From Gaetbulibacter saemankumensis DSM 17032 (GTDB taxonomy: Bacteria > Bacteroidota > Bacteroidia > Flavobacteriales > Flavobacteriaceae), in NCBI RefSeq assembly GCF_000425645.1, contig NZ_KE384430.1, forward strand, positions 729,492 through 793,491: a stretch of 64,000 nt of DNA. Reading direction: 5' to 3'. A model generated the notes under the pieces. It searched no databases, had not been told where the DNA came from, and saw nothing but the letters and a program-made list of their open reading frames with translations. Position numbers and translations under genes: made by a program. Below are positions 47,868-59,074 of the stretch, piece after piece. The stretch's first letter is position 1; the number at the start of each line of letters is the position of its first letter.

Positions 47868-49459
47868 TGTCTTACCATAAAAAATATTTGCCCCTGGTAT
47901 TAGGTGTTGCTATTGCGGCAGGTATTTTTATTGGAGGTAAATTGCATTTTACAGACTCTCCTGACAGGCTGTTTTCAAGTAACAGTAAAAAAGATAAGCT
48001 TAACCGCCTGATAGATTATATTGAGTACGATTATGTCGATGATGTGAATACCGATAGTATTGTTGATGTTACGGTAAATGGTATTTTAGATAATCTAGAT
48101 CCGCATTCGGTATATATTCCAAAGGATGAGATGGAAGAGGTGGCCGAAAACATGAAAGGTGACTTTGTAGGTATTGGAGTAAGTTTTTATTCATATAAAG
48201 ATACGATTGCAGTAATACGCGCTTTAGAAGATGGTCCTAGTGAAGAGGCTGGGATAAGGGGAGGTGATCGCATTATTATGGCCGATAACGATTCGCTTTT
48301 TGGCGATAAGTTAAAAGATGGCGAGCTGGTAAAAAAATTAAAGGGCCCAATTAATAGCAAGGTAAACTTAAAAGTGTACCGAAAGGGAGAAGATAGGCTA
48401 TTAAATTTCACTGTGAAACGAGCTCATATTCCTATTAAAAGTGTTGATGCGGCTTATATGTTAACCGAAAAGTTAGGTTATATAAAAATTAATCGCTTTG
48501 CAGAATCAACATATCGTGAATTTAAAGCAGCCTTAAATAAGTTGTTAGATCAAGGGGCTACGGAATTGGCATTAGATCTTCGGGATAATCCTGGAGGTTT
48601 TTTAGGAATTGCTGAGCAAATTGTTGATGAGTTCCTAGAAGCCAATAAACTTATCTTATTTACTAAAAATAAGCGCGGAAATATTGAAAAGAGTTTTGCC
48701 ACCAGTAAAGGTGAATTTGAATCAGGAGATTTATATGTGTTGATTAATGAAAATTCAGCTTCGGCAAGTGAAATTGTCGCTGGTGCCTTGCAGGATAACG
48801 ATAAGGGAATCATTGTTGGTCGACGCTCTTACGGTAAGGGTTTAGTACAACGTGAAATGGATTTAGGTGATGGAAGTGCGGTACGATTAACGGTATCGCG
48901 TTATTACACACCAACGGGAAGGAGTATTCAGCGTCCCTACGAGAATGGGAATGAAGATTATTTCGATGAATATATACATCGTTTACAAAGTGGAGAACTT
49001 CTTGATGCCGACAAAATTCAATTAGCCGATTCCTTGAAGTTTACTACACCTAAAGGTAAAGTGGTTTATGGGGGAGGAGGTATTGTGCCCGATGTTTTTG
49101 TTCCTATTGATAGAAGTATGGAAAATGAAACACTTACATTTTTGGAGCGACGTGGCTTCATTGGGTATTTTGTGTTCGAATTATTAGAAAAAGATCGTAG
49201 TCTTTATGAGGGAATTTCACGAAGTGATTTTATTAACTCGTTTGAAGTTAGTGATGATATTGTATTTGATTTTCAAGACTATTTAAACATTCGAGCAGAT
49301 TCGCAAGTAACCTTCGTAGCTTACCATGATGAGGTAAAGCAATACATCAAAGCAACTTTAGGAGATCAGCTTTATGGTAGTGGCGCTTTCAATGAAATCC
49401 TGAATCAAAAAGATGTTATGATTGAGGAGGTGGTCGAATTAAGCAAAGACAAAAATTAG
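47867..49459 (+). CDS. S41 family C-terminal processing peptidase
   Basis: A PDZ domain plus S41 catalytic regions (GGFLG..; Ser and Lys regions); N-terminal TM anchor. Confidence 0.9.
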   Translation: MSYHKKYLPLVLGVAIAAGIFIGGKLHFTDSPDRLFSSNSKKDKLNRLIDYIEYDYVDDVNTDSIVDVTVNGILDNLDPHSVYIPKDEMEEVAENMKGDFVGIGVSFYSYKDTIAVIRALEDGPSEEAGIRGGDRIIMADNDSLFGDKLKDGELVKKLKGPINSKVNLKVYRKGEDRLLNFTVKRAHIPIKSVDAAYMLTEKLGYIKINRFAESTYREFKAALNKLLDQGATELALDLRDNPGGFLGIAEQIVDEFLEANKLILFTKNKRGNIEKSFATSKGEFESGDLYVLINENSASASEIVAGALQDNDKGIIVGRRSYGKGLVQREMDLGDGSAVRLTVSRYYTPTGRSIQRPYENGNEDYFDEYIHRLQSGELLDADKIQLADSLKFTTPKGKVVYGGGGIVPDVFVPIDRSMENETLTFLERRGFIGYFVFELLEKDRSLYEGISRSDFINSFEVSDDIVFDFQDYLNIRADSQVTFVAYHDEVKQYIKATLGDQLYGSGAFNEILNQKDVMIEEVVELSKDKN

Positions 49460-50064
49460 ACTTCTATTTTGTCGTGCACTTTGGCGTGTTTACCATCATT
49501 CCATAAAGTTAAAATATCGGTAGCTACGTGTGCACCGCTTCCTGAAGTAATGGCAAATTGACTACGCCAGCCAGCCAAGGCACCAGCAACGTATAAATTT
49601 TCAGAAACCAAATGATCGGTGTTTTTTAACCAGATGCGCTCTTTGTCTGCTGCGGCGCGTGGATGTGGTTCAATATAGGCTTCCAGGCCTTTAATACTGA
49701 TTAAATTCGTGTAACCAACGGCAATTACTACAATTTTGGATTGGTAGGTGTTTTTGTTGGTTCTAATTGAAAAATGGCCATCAGAATTAGATATTTCTAA
49801 TACTTTTTCACGGTTTATTTGTTTAACATGCGGATATAAAGTCGCTAGTTGATTTTTACCACTTTCTAAAATTGAGGCTCCTGTAGTTCCTGGTTCAAGC
49901 CCTAAAACATTGTTGAATAATGCTGTTTGTAAATGTGATGTTTTTTGGTGCGCTATTATGCCAATGTGTTTGTTTTTTGCATACGCTTTGTCTTTTGCAG
50001 AACCTAAAACCAAGGCACAGGATAATCCAGCCGCACCACCACCAATTATTAAGGCATCAAACAT
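49456..50064 (-). CDS. Small FAD/NAD(P)-binding oxidoreductase (202 aa)
   Basis: Dinucleotide-binding GGGAAGLSCA at the N-terminus. Confidence 0.65.
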   Translation of the reverse strand: MFDALIIGGGAAGLSCALVLGSAKDKAYAKNKHIGIIAHQKTSHLQTALFNNVLGLEPGTTGASILESGKNQLATLYPHVKQINREKVLEISNSDGHFSIRTNKNTYQSKIVVIAVGYTNLISIKGLEAYIEPHPRAAADKERIWLKNTDHLVSENLYVAGALAGWRSQFAITSGSGAHVATDILTLWNDGKHAKVHDKIEV

Positions 50065-50065
50065 A

Positions 50066-50269
50066 TTATTTTCCTTTGTTTACTTTCGATTCAATGCGTT
50101 TGGAAGTATTTAGGATAAGCATGATAAGTATTGAGCAAAGGGCAGCTACAATAGTGATTAAAGCTACGGTGCTTTCGCCCTGAAATGGGTCGCTAAAGTC
50201 TACTTTGGTTAAATTAAAGCCAATAAGACCAAGAGCAACAATGCTAATTATTATGGTTAAAATCTTCAT
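50066..50269 (-). CDS. Small two-TM membrane protein (hypothetical)
   Basis: 67 aa; two hydrophobic helices; translationally adjacent (1 nt gap) to the oxidoreductase. Confidence 0.35.
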   Translation of the reverse strand: MKILTIIISIVALGLIGFNLTKVDFSDPFQGESTVALITIVAALCSILIMLILNTSKRIESKVNKGK

Positions 50270-50280
50270 AATGTAATCTT

Positions 50281-50868
50281 TTAAATAAGTTCAAACAAGG
50301 CTTTAATATTGTGTGCAAATAGTTTAACGGCAATAGCCAATAAAACCACTCCAAATACCTTGCGTATAATATTAATGCCATTCTGCCCTATAATACGTTC
50401 TATAGCAGAAGAGGTCTTTAAAACAATAAAAATAATAATAACGTTCATTATTACGGCAACAATTATGTTTTCTGTTCTAAATTCTGCTCGAAGTGATAGT
50501 AATGTTGTTAAACTCCCAGGGCCTGCAATGAGAGGGAAAGCTAAAGGAAAAACGGTTGCCGACATAGCGGTGTGTTCTTCTTGCTTATATAAAGTAATCC
50601 CTAAGATCATTTCTAAAGCAATAAAAAAGAGAATAAACGAACCGGCAACAGCAAACGAGTTAACATCGATACCTATAAGGTTTAAAATGCTTTTTCCTAA
50701 GAATAGAAATAAGGTTAAAATAACCCCGGCAATAATAGATGCTTTTTCACTTTGAATATGTCCCATCTTTTTACGTAAATCGATAACGATTGGGATGTTG
50801 CCAATAATATCTATTACGGCAAATAATATCATGAAAGCTGTAAAAATTTCTTTTAAATTAAATTGCAT
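50281..50868 (-). CDS. MarC-family (UPF0056) membrane protein
   Basis: Six TM segments with the typical MarC length and topology. Confidence 0.75.
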   Translation of the reverse strand: MQFNLKEIFTAFMILFAVIDIIGNIPIVIDLRKKMGHIQSEKASIIAGVILTLFLFLGKSILNLIGIDVNSFAVAGSFILFFIALEMILGITLYKQEEHTAMSATVFPLAFPLIAGPGSLTTLLSLRAEFRTENIIVAVIMNVIIIFIVLKTSSAIERIIGQNGINIIRKVFGVVLLAIAVKLFAHNIKALFELI

Positions 50869-50975
50869 GGTTAAGCCTTTATTATTTGTTGCAAAAGTAT
50901 ATTAATAAGTGTAAAAACAGTATTAAGAAACGCTAAAGTTTCATTATTTTTGCGGCGTTAAATTCAGGTTAGTTT

Positions 50976-51539
50976 ATGTTTCAGTTAGGTAAAACCATTG
51001 TTTCTGAGGAAATTATAGAAAAAGATTTCCTGTGTAATCTATCAGCATGTAAAGGTGCTTGCTGTATAGATGGTGATGCTGGTGCGCCACTCGAGCAGGA
51101 AGAGGCACAAATCTTAGAAGAAATATACCCTAAGGTGAAACCTTATCTAAGAAAAGAAGGGGTTAAGGCAATAGAATCTCAGGGAACGTATATTACCACT
51201 GAAGATGGTGAGCTAGAAACACCCTTAATCAATGGGGCCGATTGTGCTTATGTTATCTTCGATGAAAAAAAGGTAGCGTTGTGTGCAATTGAAGAAGCCT
51301 ATAACCAAGGAGATATAAACTGGAAAAAACCAGTGTCTTGTCATTTGTATCCAATACGTGTTCAGGATTACACCGAATTTTCAGCTGTAAATTATAATAA
51401 GTGGCACATTTGTGATGATGCCTGTGCTTTAGGTAAGGAGCTTCAGGTCCCTATTTATAAATTTGTAAAAGAAGCGTTAATTCGAAAATTTGGTGAAGAT
51501 TGGTATCTCGAACTTGAGAAAGTTGCTGCAACGTTTTAA
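50976..51539 (+). CDS. DUF3109-family Cys-rich protein
   Basis: CNLSACKGACCIDGDAG N-terminal motif typical of this family. Confidence 0.6.
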   Translation: MFQLGKTIVSEEIIEKDFLCNLSACKGACCIDGDAGAPLEQEEAQILEEIYPKVKPYLRKEGVKAIESQGTYITTEDGELETPLINGADCAYVIFDEKKVALCAIEEAYNQGDINWKKPVSCHLYPIRVQDYTEFSAVNYNKWHICDDACALGKELQVPIYKFVKEALIRKFGEDWYLELEKVAATF

Positions 51540-51825
51540 TAACTTTTTTAACTTCTTTGAAGGCCTTTAAAACATGGGGTTTTCAAAAATATTATAAATT
51601 TTTTATGTAAACTTTTGGAAATTTCAAAAATTATAAAAAATTGAAAATCAGATGTTTGATAGTTTTTTATTGTAAACTTCTTAATTTTTATTTCAACATA
51701 AATTGTTAAAAACTTGTTGACAATGTTTATAACTATACCTTTCATTTTTAATGTCAATTTTCAATCTTTGTTATTCCCAAATCGAAACTCAAAATTCGTT
51801 TAACTCAATAAAATAAATTAAAATA

Positions 51826-52806
51826 ATGTCTCAGGCCATTGAACCTATTCTCCAAGAAAATAAAGATCGTTTCGTAATTTTTCCTATTCAACATCATGAT
51901 ATTTGGGAATGGTATAAAAAATCTGAGGCCAGTTTCTGGACCGCTGAAGAAATTGATTTACATCAGGATATTACCGATTGGAAATCAAAATTAACAGATG
52001 ATGAGCGTTATTTTATAAAGCATATTTTAGCCTTTTTCGCTGCCAGTGATGGTATTGTAAATGAAAATTTGGCTGAAAATTTTGTAAACGAAGTTCAATA
52101 CAGTGAAGCGAAATTCTTCTACGGGTTTCAAATTATGATGGAAAACATCCACAGTGAAACTTACTCGCTTTTAATTGATACGTATGTAAAAGATGAGAAA
52201 GAGAAAAATTTATTATTTAATGCTATAGAGAATTTTCCAGCCATTAAGAAAAAGGCGGACTGGGCCTTAAAATGGATTGAATCTCCTAGTTTTGCCGAGC
52301 GTTTAATTGCATTCGCAGCGGTAGAAGGTATTTTCTTTTCGGGGGCATTTTGTTCGATTTTCTGGTTAAAGAAAAGAGGTTTAATGCCGGGGTTAACGTT
52401 CTCTAATGAATTAATATCTCGTGATGAAGGTGTACACTGCGACTTTGCGGTACACTTACACAATAATCATTTAATTAACAAAGTGCCTAAAGAGCGTATT
52501 AAAGAAATTTTAGTAGATGCGCTTGATATTGAACGTGAATTTATTACCGAATCTTTACCGGTAAGTTTAATAGGTATGAATGCTAAATTAATGACCCAAT
52601 ACCTAGAATTTGTAACCGACAGATTACTTGCAGAGCTTGGTTGCGAAAAAGTGTATAATACTGCAAATCCGTTTGATTTTATGGATATGATTTCGCTTCA
52701 AGGAAAAACAAATTTCTTCGAAAAGCGTGTTTCAGAATATCAAAAAGCAGGTGTACTTAACAAAGAAGAAGACGAAGATAAATTTAGTTTCGATGCCGAT
52801 TTTTAA
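51826..52806 (+). CDS. nrdB: Class Ia ribonucleotide reductase beta subunit
   Basis: Di-iron/tyrosyl ligand motifs (ENIHSETY; EGIFFSG). Confidence 0.95.
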   Translation: MSQAIEPILQENKDRFVIFPIQHHDIWEWYKKSEASFWTAEEIDLHQDITDWKSKLTDDERYFIKHILAFFAASDGIVNENLAENFVNEVQYSEAKFFYGFQIMMENIHSETYSLLIDTYVKDEKEKNLLFNAIENFPAIKKKADWALKWIESPSFAERLIAFAAVEGIFFSGAFCSIFWLKKRGLMPGLTFSNELISRDEGVHCDFAVHLHNNHLINKVPKERIKEILVDALDIEREFITESLPVSLIGMNAKLMTQYLEFVTDRLLAELGCEKVYNTANPFDFMDMISLQGKTNFFEKRVSEYQKAGVLNKEEDEDKFSFDADF

Positions 52807-53018
52807 TAACGGCGCGTTAAAATTTTAAAAATTTTCTAAGGTGTTTACTCATCACTTAGCTGGGTTATCTCAGAACTATGAGTAATTATCTATTTTTCTA
52901 TTGTAACCAATTTAACTAACTAAGTATAAACTAATTTGGTATTAGTGTGTATTTAGAATAATCAACCAATCCATTTTTCTGAAGGTGTATCAGAAAAGCT
53001 AAAAACTAGTTTAAAATT

Positions 53019-55502
53019 ATGTATGTAGTAAAAAGAGACGGCAGAAAAGAGCAGGTCATGTTCGACAAGATCACCGCACGGGTGAGAAAATTATGTTACG
53101 GGTTAAACGAATTAGTAGACCCATTAAAAGTAACAATGCGTGTAATTGAAGGGTTATACGATGGTGTAACTACTAGTGAACTTGATAATCTTGCTGCTGA
53201 AATTGCTGCAACTATGACTACAGCACATCCTGATTATGCTCGTCTTGCGGCGAGAATCTCGGTGTCTAACTTACATAAAAACACTAAAAAATCATTTAGT
53301 GAGGTCATGCACGATCTATACACTTATGTAAATCCACGTACAGGAAAAATGGCGCCGCTTTTAGCCGACGATGTATACGAGGTGATTATGAAACATAAAG
53401 ACCTGTTAGATTCTCATATTATCTATAACCGTGACTTTGGATACGATTATTTTGGGTTTAAAACTTTAGAGCGATCGTATTTGTTAAAACTAAATGGTGC
53501 TATTGCTGAGCGCCCACAACATATGTTAATGCGTGTGGCTGTTGGGATTCATTTAGACGATATCGATTCAGTAATAGAGACTTACGAATTGATGTCTAAA
53601 AAGTATTTTACACATGCAACACCCACGCTTTTTAATTCAGGTACACCAAAACCACAAATGTCGTCTTGTTTCTTGTTAACAATGAAAGACGATAGTATTG
53701 ATGGTATTTACGATACATTAAAACAAACAGCTAAAATATCGCAATCTGCTGGTGGTATTGGTTTAGCTATTCATAATATTCGTGCTACTGGAAGTTATAT
53801 TGCAGGAACAAATGGTACATCCAATGGAATTGTTCCCATGTTAAAAGTGTTTAACGATACAGCACGTTATGTAGATCAAGGTGGAGGAAAACGTAAAGGA
53901 AGCTTTGCGATGTATATAGAAACCTGGCATGCCGATATTATGGATTTCTTAGATTTAAAAAAGAACCACGGTAAAGAAGAAATGCGTGCGCGTGATTTAT
54001 TTTACGCTATGTGGATCTCCGATTTATTTATGAAGCGTGTTCAGGAAAATAGTACTTGGACGTTAATGTGTCCTAACGAATGTCCTGGATTAGACGAAGT
54101 ACATAGTGAAGCATTTGAAGCACTTTATACAAAATATGAGTCTGAAGGTAAAGGACGAAAAACCATTAAGGCACGTGAACTTTGGGAGAAAATATTAGAA
54201 TCTCAGATTGAAACCGGTACGCCTTACATGTTGTACAAAGATGCTGCGAATCGTAAATCAAATCAGCAGAATTTAGGAACCATCCGTTCTTCTAACCTTT
54301 GTACTGAGATTTTAGAATATACGTCTCCAGACGAAGTGGCTGTATGTAATTTAGCTTCTATTGCATTGCCAATGTTTATTAAAAATGGTGAATTCGATCA
54401 CAAAGAATTATTCAGAATTACGAAACGCGTAACCAAAAACTTAAATCGCGTAATCGACAGAAACTACTATCCGGTTCCTGAAGCTGAGAATTCTAATATG
54501 CGTCATCGTCCAATAGGGCTTGGTGTTCAAGGTTTGGCAGATACCTTTATTAAATTACGTTTACCCTTTACTAGTGATGAAGCTAAAAAGTTAAATCAGG
54601 ATATATTTGAAACGCTTTATTTTGCTGCTGTAACGGCTAGTATGGAAGAAGCAAAAGTCGATGGTCCTTACCAAACTTACGAGGGGTCTCCAATAAGTAA
54701 AGGTCAGTTTCAACACAATCTTTGGAATATTAAAGATGAAGAATTAAGTGGTAATTGGGATTGGGATAAATTACGCAAGCAAGTGCTAAAGCATGGTGTG
54801 CGTAACTCTTTATTAGTGGCTCCAATGCCAACCGCTTCAACATCTCAAATTCTTGGAAATAATGAGTGTTTCGAACCATATACTTCAAATATTTACACGC
54901 GCCGTGTACTTTCGGGTGAGTTTATTGTAGTTAATAAGCATTTATTAGAAGACTTAGTAGAGCTTGGTTTATGGAATGAAGGTTTAAAACAAGATATTAT
55001 GCGTGCTAATGGTTCGGTTCAAAATGTTGATGTTCCACAGCATATTAAAGAGTTGTATAAAACCGTTTGGGAGCTAAGTATGAAAGATATTATCGATATG
55101 TCACGTCAGCGTGGTTATTTTATCGATCAGTCTCAGTCACTTAACTTGTTTATGGAAGGTGCTACCATGGCTAAACTAACGTCTATGCATTTTTATGCTT
55201 GGAAAAGTGGCTTAAAAACAGGTATGTATTACTTGCGTACTAAGAGTGCGGTAGATGCTATTAAGTTTACACTTCAAACGACTAAAAAGGAAGAGCCAGT
55301 TTCAAAAGCAGTTGAAGTTGTAAATCAAGCTGAAGTAGCAACCAAACAAGAACAAAAACAGCATATTGCAGAGAAGAACGCAGCTAAGTTTGCTAAAGAA
55401 ACTAATGTTGAAATAGAACCTATGACGGCAGAAGAGATGAAGGCTTTAATTGCGCAAGCCAAAGAGGCTGAAGGAGATGATTGCCTGATGTGTGGATCTT
55501 AG
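53019..55502 (+). CDS. nrdA: Class Ia ribonucleotide reductase alpha subunit
   Basis: N-terminal ATP-cone ([20 protein letters not shown]); catalytic NLCTEI and CN pair; C-terminal CxxC tail. Confidence 0.95.
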   Translation: MYVVKRDGRKEQVMFDKITARVRKLCYGLNELVDPLKVTMRVIEGLYDGVTTSELDNLAAEIAATMTTAHPDYARLAARISVSNLHKNTKKSFSEVMHDLYTYVNPRTGKMAPLLADDVYEVIMKHKDLLDSHIIYNRDFGYDYFGFKTLERSYLLKLNGAIAERPQHMLMRVAVGIHLDDIDSVIETYELMSKKYFTHATPTLFNSGTPKPQMSSCFLLTMKDDSIDGIYDTLKQTAKISQSAGGIGLAIHNIRATGSYIAGTNGTSNGIVPMLKVFNDTARYVDQGGGKRKGSFAMYIETWHADIMDFLDLKKNHGKEEMRARDLFYAMWISDLFMKRVQENSTWTLMCPNECPGLDEVHSEAFEALYTKYESEGKGRKTIKARELWEKILESQIETGTPYMLYKDAANRKSNQQNLGTIRSSNLCTEILEYTSPDEVAVCNLASIALPMFIKNGEFDHKELFRITKRVTKNLNRVIDRNYYPVPEAENSNMRHRPIGLGVQGLADTFIKLRLPFTSDEAKKLNQDIFETLYFAAVTASMEEAKVDGPYQTYEGSPISKGQFQHNLWNIKDEELSGNWDWDKLRKQVLKHGVRNSLLVAPMPTASTSQILGNNECFEPYTSNIYTRRVLSGEFIVVNKHLLEDLVELGLWNEGLKQDIMRANGSVQNVDVPQHIKELYKTVWELSMKDIIDMSRQRGYFIDQSQSLNLFMEGATMAKLTSMHFYAWKSGLKTGMYYLRTKSAVDAIKFTLQTTKKEEPVSKAVEVVNQAEVATKQEQKQHIAEKNAAKFAKETNVEIEPMTAEEMKALIAQAKEAEGDDCLMCGS

Positions 55503-55522
55503 TTTTTATAAAGTATATTACG

Positions 55523-55552
55523 AAAAAAGCACCTCAATAGAGGTGCTTTTTT
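55523..55552. terminator. Bidirectional terminator between nrdA and the OmpA-family gene
   Basis: aaaaaagcacctc-aata-gaggtgctttttt. Confidence 0.65.
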
Positions 55553-55576
55553 ACTATTAGTAATTCAAGGGATTAA

Positions 55577-56410
55577 TTATTCTTCCATGAGAGCGAAGAA
55601 TTTATCGATATTAGGAAGAATGATGATGCGTGTTCTTCTGTTTTTAGCCATATTTTCTTTAGAATCGTTAGGTACTAAAGGTTGGTAGCTACTTCTTCCT
55701 GATGCAATTAGCTTTTCTGGAGCTACATTAAATTTATTTTCTAGTCTTCTAACAACCGATGTTGCTCTTAAAACACTTAAGTCCCAGTTGTCAGCGATAT
55801 TTACTGTGTTAATGGTTCTAGAATCTGTGTGGCCCTCTACCATTAAGTCTAGGCTTTCTTCAGAGTTTACAACATCAGCGATTTTTTTAAGAATATCATC
55901 AGCTTTTGAGCTTAATCTGTAACTAGCAGTGTTGAATAACATATCATCGGCAATAGAGATCATAACCACAGTCTCATTGATGTTGATGGCAAGATCTTCA
56001 TCATCATTCATATTGCTTTCGCTAATTGTTTTCTCTAAGTTATAGGCGATGGCTAAATTCATAGAATCTTTAAGCGTTTTTGCTTGACTTAATTTAGCTT
56101 GATCTACATTTTTAAGGGTTTCACGCATTTTAGCTTTTACCTCATTAGAAATGACTACACCTTCTTCAGGTAGCATATCTAATTTAGAGTCGTTTTCAGC
56201 CTTTAAAGAATTAATCTTATTATTATAGGAATCAACGCGTTCTTGTATTTGAGCAAATTTATCTTCTAATTCTTCTTTTTCAACGCGTGTTTTGGTTAGC
56301 TCACTTTTAATTTCACCATTTTCTTGTTCTAGTGCTACATATTTCTTTTTTGATACACACGAAAATACTAGGGTGGTAGCTAGTAATAAAATTGATATTT
56401 TTTTCATCAT
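55577..56410 (-). CDS. OmpA-family lipoprotein with an N-terminal coiled-coil
   Basis: Lipobox LVFSC; coiled-coil; C-terminal OmpA peptidoglycan-binding motifs (GHTDS...N..LS..RA). Confidence 0.8.
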   Translation of the reverse strand: MMKKISILLLATTLVFSCVSKKKYVALEQENGEIKSELTKTRVEKEELEDKFAQIQERVDSYNNKINSLKAENDSKLDMLPEEGVVISNEVKAKMRETLKNVDQAKLSQAKTLKDSMNLAIAYNLEKTISESNMNDDEDLAININETVVMISIADDMLFNTASYRLSSKADDILKKIADVVNSEESLDLMVEGHTDSRTINTVNIADNWDLSVLRATSVVRRLENKFNVAPEKLIASGRSSYQPLVPNDSKENMAKNRRTRIIILPNIDKFFALMEE

Positions 56411-56592
56411 GATTATAATTTTAGTTTTCTTTATTTACGACCAAATGTCAATTATAGATGTTATACATCAGTATTAATACATAAAAAAGATGAATTTAAC
56501 AGACTATCTGTGTTGTTATCGGAATTATTGATATGACAGATTGTGTGTCTAACTATTTGAAATAAAATAATATAGATAGTCGTTTTGAAATA

Positions 56593-56626
56593 AAAAAGCC
56601 AATAAATTTAATTATTGGCTTTTTTA
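56593..56626 (-). terminator. Terminator downstream of the 56651-57580 gene
   Basis: gccaataa-atttaa-ttattggc flanked by A-run and T-run. Confidence 0.6.
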
Positions 56627-56650
56627 TGGAAATTTTAATTTTTTTTTGAT

Positions 56651-57580
56651 TTAGAACTTGTAGGCTAAGCCTAGGGTGTAATATGTTTGTAAATCGTTAT
56701 CAATATTATCGAAAGTTGCGTCAGGAATTTCAAGGGTGTTAAGCGCATAATTAAGAGCTTCCTGCTTGTTGTTTCTTAAGCCAAAATCAAATCCTACACC
56801 AATCACGCTCCACAGGGTATAGCTAAATGAGTTATTCCATGTCCAGTTTGAGTAGTTATTACTCTTATAACTTTGAAACATTGAAAAATTCGATTTAAAG
56901 TTTATGTTACTAAAAGTTCTTGAATAATCGGCTACAATTTTAGCTCCCATAGTCGATTCGAAAATAGTATCACCACTACTAAATACAAAGTTGTAGTTTA
57001 AAGGATGTATAACTACAACGAGATTTTCTATGGGTGTCCATGTTCCACCGACACCTACATCTAAATAACCTGGATCGTTAAAGTTATTTAATAGGGTAGT
57101 GCGGTATTCTAATAGGCCAGAAACTGCGAATGATTTGCTTAAGTTTCTACCATATAATGATGATAAGTTGAAAACATCCGTGGTTGGCTCGAAATTTGAA
57201 TTATCATCCGGATCGTCCCTATCGTCTAACTTTACCCATTTTAAATTGGCAGTTAATGCATTTCTCCAGAAGAATTTTTCCTCAATTAAATTCGCATAGC
57301 CGTTAAATGTAATTCCTATATTACCTGAAGAGTTATTTGGCGCACCTTGTGCATACCAGTTATTAAATTGAGAAAAACTTCCTCCAATAACTCCAAAGGC
57401 ACCAATACGCCATCCTGGAAGGGCATCTAATTTTTTCTGTATAGCATTTACTTCGCCTTTAAGAGCTTTAATTTGATCGTTTTTTTCTGTTTTTTGGGTT
57501 TCTAATTCTTCTTTGGTCTGAGCAAAAGAAGTACTAATAGAAACAAATACTAAGGAAAGAAATAGTAATGTTTTTTTCAT
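56651..57580 (-). CDS. Putative outer-membrane beta-barrel protein with an N-terminal coiled-coil. The start was moved to MKKTLLF.
   Basis: Signal peptide; coiled-coil (QIKALKGEVNAIQKKLDALP); beta-strand-rich body; C-terminal aromatic. Moving the start removes the overlap with the upstream gene. Confidence 0.5.
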   Translation of the reverse strand: MKKTLLFLSLVFVSISTSFAQTKEELETQKTEKNDQIKALKGEVNAIQKKLDALPGWRIGAFGVIGGSFSQFNNWYAQGAPNNSSGNIGITFNGYANLIEEKFFWRNALTANLKWVKLDDRDDPDDNSNFEPTTDVFNLSSLYGRNLSKSFAVSGLLEYRTTLLNNFNDPGYLDVGVGGTWTPIENLVVVIHPLNYNFVFSSGDTIFESTMGAKIVADYSRTFSNINFKSNFSMFQSYKSNNYSNWTWNNSFSYTLWSVIGVGFDFGLRNNKQEALNYALNTLEIPDATFDNIDNDLQTYYTLGLAYKF

Positions 57581-57605
57581 AGAATTTGAGTTGATTAGAA
57601 AGTGA

Positions 57606-58145
57606 TTATCGTTTGTTTTTGTATAAAGGAACCGAGGAACAGGCTTCACCATACATTATGGATTTAGCTACGGGTTGTAGTTTTGAAGCTAGCATGATAT
57701 AGGCATTCTCCGGAACAGGTTTTTTAGAACAGCCTTTTATTATTATGGGTTTGTCCTGGAATTCTGCAACATCCAGATTGTTTATAATATCCTGATAGAT
57801 TGAGGTTTCTAAAGTTATTAAATCACCTATCACCACCTTTTTTGCAAAAGGTTTTAAATGCAAACTAATAAGCATGTAAGCCCATCCTGGAATAATAGCA
57901 TCTGTACTACAGGTTAACGCCACATAAGCATCATGATATTGCTCCCAGTCAAACTCTGAAACTTGGGCCCTAAAATCTTTTTCACGCAACACAAAGCCTT
58001 CAAAAAGCCAATCTTTAATGTCGAATAAAACCCTTTGACCTTGAGGATAATAATCCTCAAGGTTAATAGTTACTAATTTGCTGTTCGCAACACGATTTAT
58101 AATTTCGTCTGCCATATAGTTACTGCCAGCTTTATGCCTGGCCAA
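57606..58145 (-). CDS. Hypothetical protein (DUF2480-like) that follows the suf genes
   Basis: 179 aa soluble protein; the family assignment is from memory only. Confidence 0.4.
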   Translation of the reverse strand: MARHKAGSNYMADEIINRVANSKLVTINLEDYYPQGQRVLFDIKDWLFEGFVLREKDFRAQVSEFDWEQYHDAYVALTCSTDAIIPGWAYMLISLHLKPFAKKVVIGDLITLETSIYQDIINNLDVAEFQDKPIIIKGCSKKPVPENAYIMLASKLQPVAKSIMYGEACSSVPLYKNKR

Positions 58146-58177
58146 TTTTATTTATAATGTTTAAGGGAATAGTTTTT

Positions 58178-58501
58178 TTAAAGCATGCCTAATTCCAACT
58201 TGGCTTCTTCACTCATTAATTCTTGAGTCCAAGGCGGATCGAAAGTGATTTCTACTTCGGCACTTTTAACATCATCCAGGGATTTAACTTTTTCCTCAAC
58301 CTCCATAGGTAGCGTTTCCGCTACGGGGCAGTTAGGAGTGGTTAAAGTCATTAATATTTTTACATCGTAATCTTCATTAACAAATACGTCATAGATAAGT
58401 CCTAGTTCGTAAATATCTACAGGAATTTCCGGATCGTAAATGGTTTTAAGTACATTTACGATTTTTTCACCTAGTTCGGCGGTATCTATTGTTTCACTCA
58501 T
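58178..58501 (-). CDS. DUF59 (MIP18/SufT-like) Fe-S cluster assembly protein
   Basis: 107 aa; the conserved TPNCP motif (LTTPNCPVAE). Confidence 0.8.
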   Translation of the reverse strand: MSETIDTAELGEKIVNVLKTIYDPEIPVDIYELGLIYDVFVNEDYDVKILMTLTTPNCPVAETLPMEVEEKVKSLDDVKSAEVEITFDPPWTQELMSEEAKLELGML

Positions 58502-58923
58502 TATTTTAATTGTGTTTGGTATGCAATAGCATACATTTTTAATTGTTTTATCATGCTTACTAAGCCATTGGCTCTGGTAGGTGATAAGTGTTCTTTTAAT
58601 CCAATTTCATCAATGAAATCCATATTGGCATCGATAATATCTTTTGGACTTTGATTAGAAAATACGCGTATTAAAATAGCGATAATACCTTTTGTGATAA
58701 TGGCATCGCTATCGGCAGTAAATTCTATTTTATCATCTTTTAATTCGGCATGAACCCATACTTTACTTTGGCAGCCTTTTATAATATTGTTGTCGGTTTT
58801 GTATTGGTCGTCAATTAAGGGTAAATCTTTCCCTAAGTCGATCATATATTGGTAACGTTCTTCCCAGTCTTCAAACATTGAGAATTCGTCAATTATTTCA
58901 TTCTGAATTTCTTCTATACTCAC
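58501..58923 (-). CDS. sufE: SufE-family sulfur acceptor
   Basis: 140 aa; a GCQS-type Cys loop (IIKGCQSKVW). Confidence 0.85.
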   Translation of the reverse strand: MSIEEIQNEIIDEFSMFEDWEERYQYMIDLGKDLPLIDDQYKTDNNIIKGCQSKVWVHAELKDDKIEFTADSDAIITKGIIAILIRVFSNQSPKDIIDANMDFIDEIGLKEHLSPTRANGLVSMIKQLKMYAIAYQTQLK

Positions 58924-59024
58924 AGTGTCAAAATTTTATGTAAAAATACAACAAGAAATATTCCTATTCAATATTTTCTGATAAGGATGCAGTTAATAGT
59001 AGGGTATTTTTGAGTTTATTTTAA

Positions 59025-59055
59025 TAAAAAAGACGCCCAATAGGCGTCTTTTTTA
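59025..59055 (-). terminator. Terminator downstream of the M43 peptidase gene
   Basis: agacgcc-caata-ggcgtct followed by a T-run. Confidence 0.6.
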
Positions 59056-59074
59056 ATTTATTGAAGTGTCATTT

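Noticed and set aside
51548-51757. 69 aa minus-strand ORF in the AT-rich nrdB leader
   Set aside because: It is extremely AT-rich and low-complexity with no conserved motif. It is more plausibly noncoding regulatory DNA.
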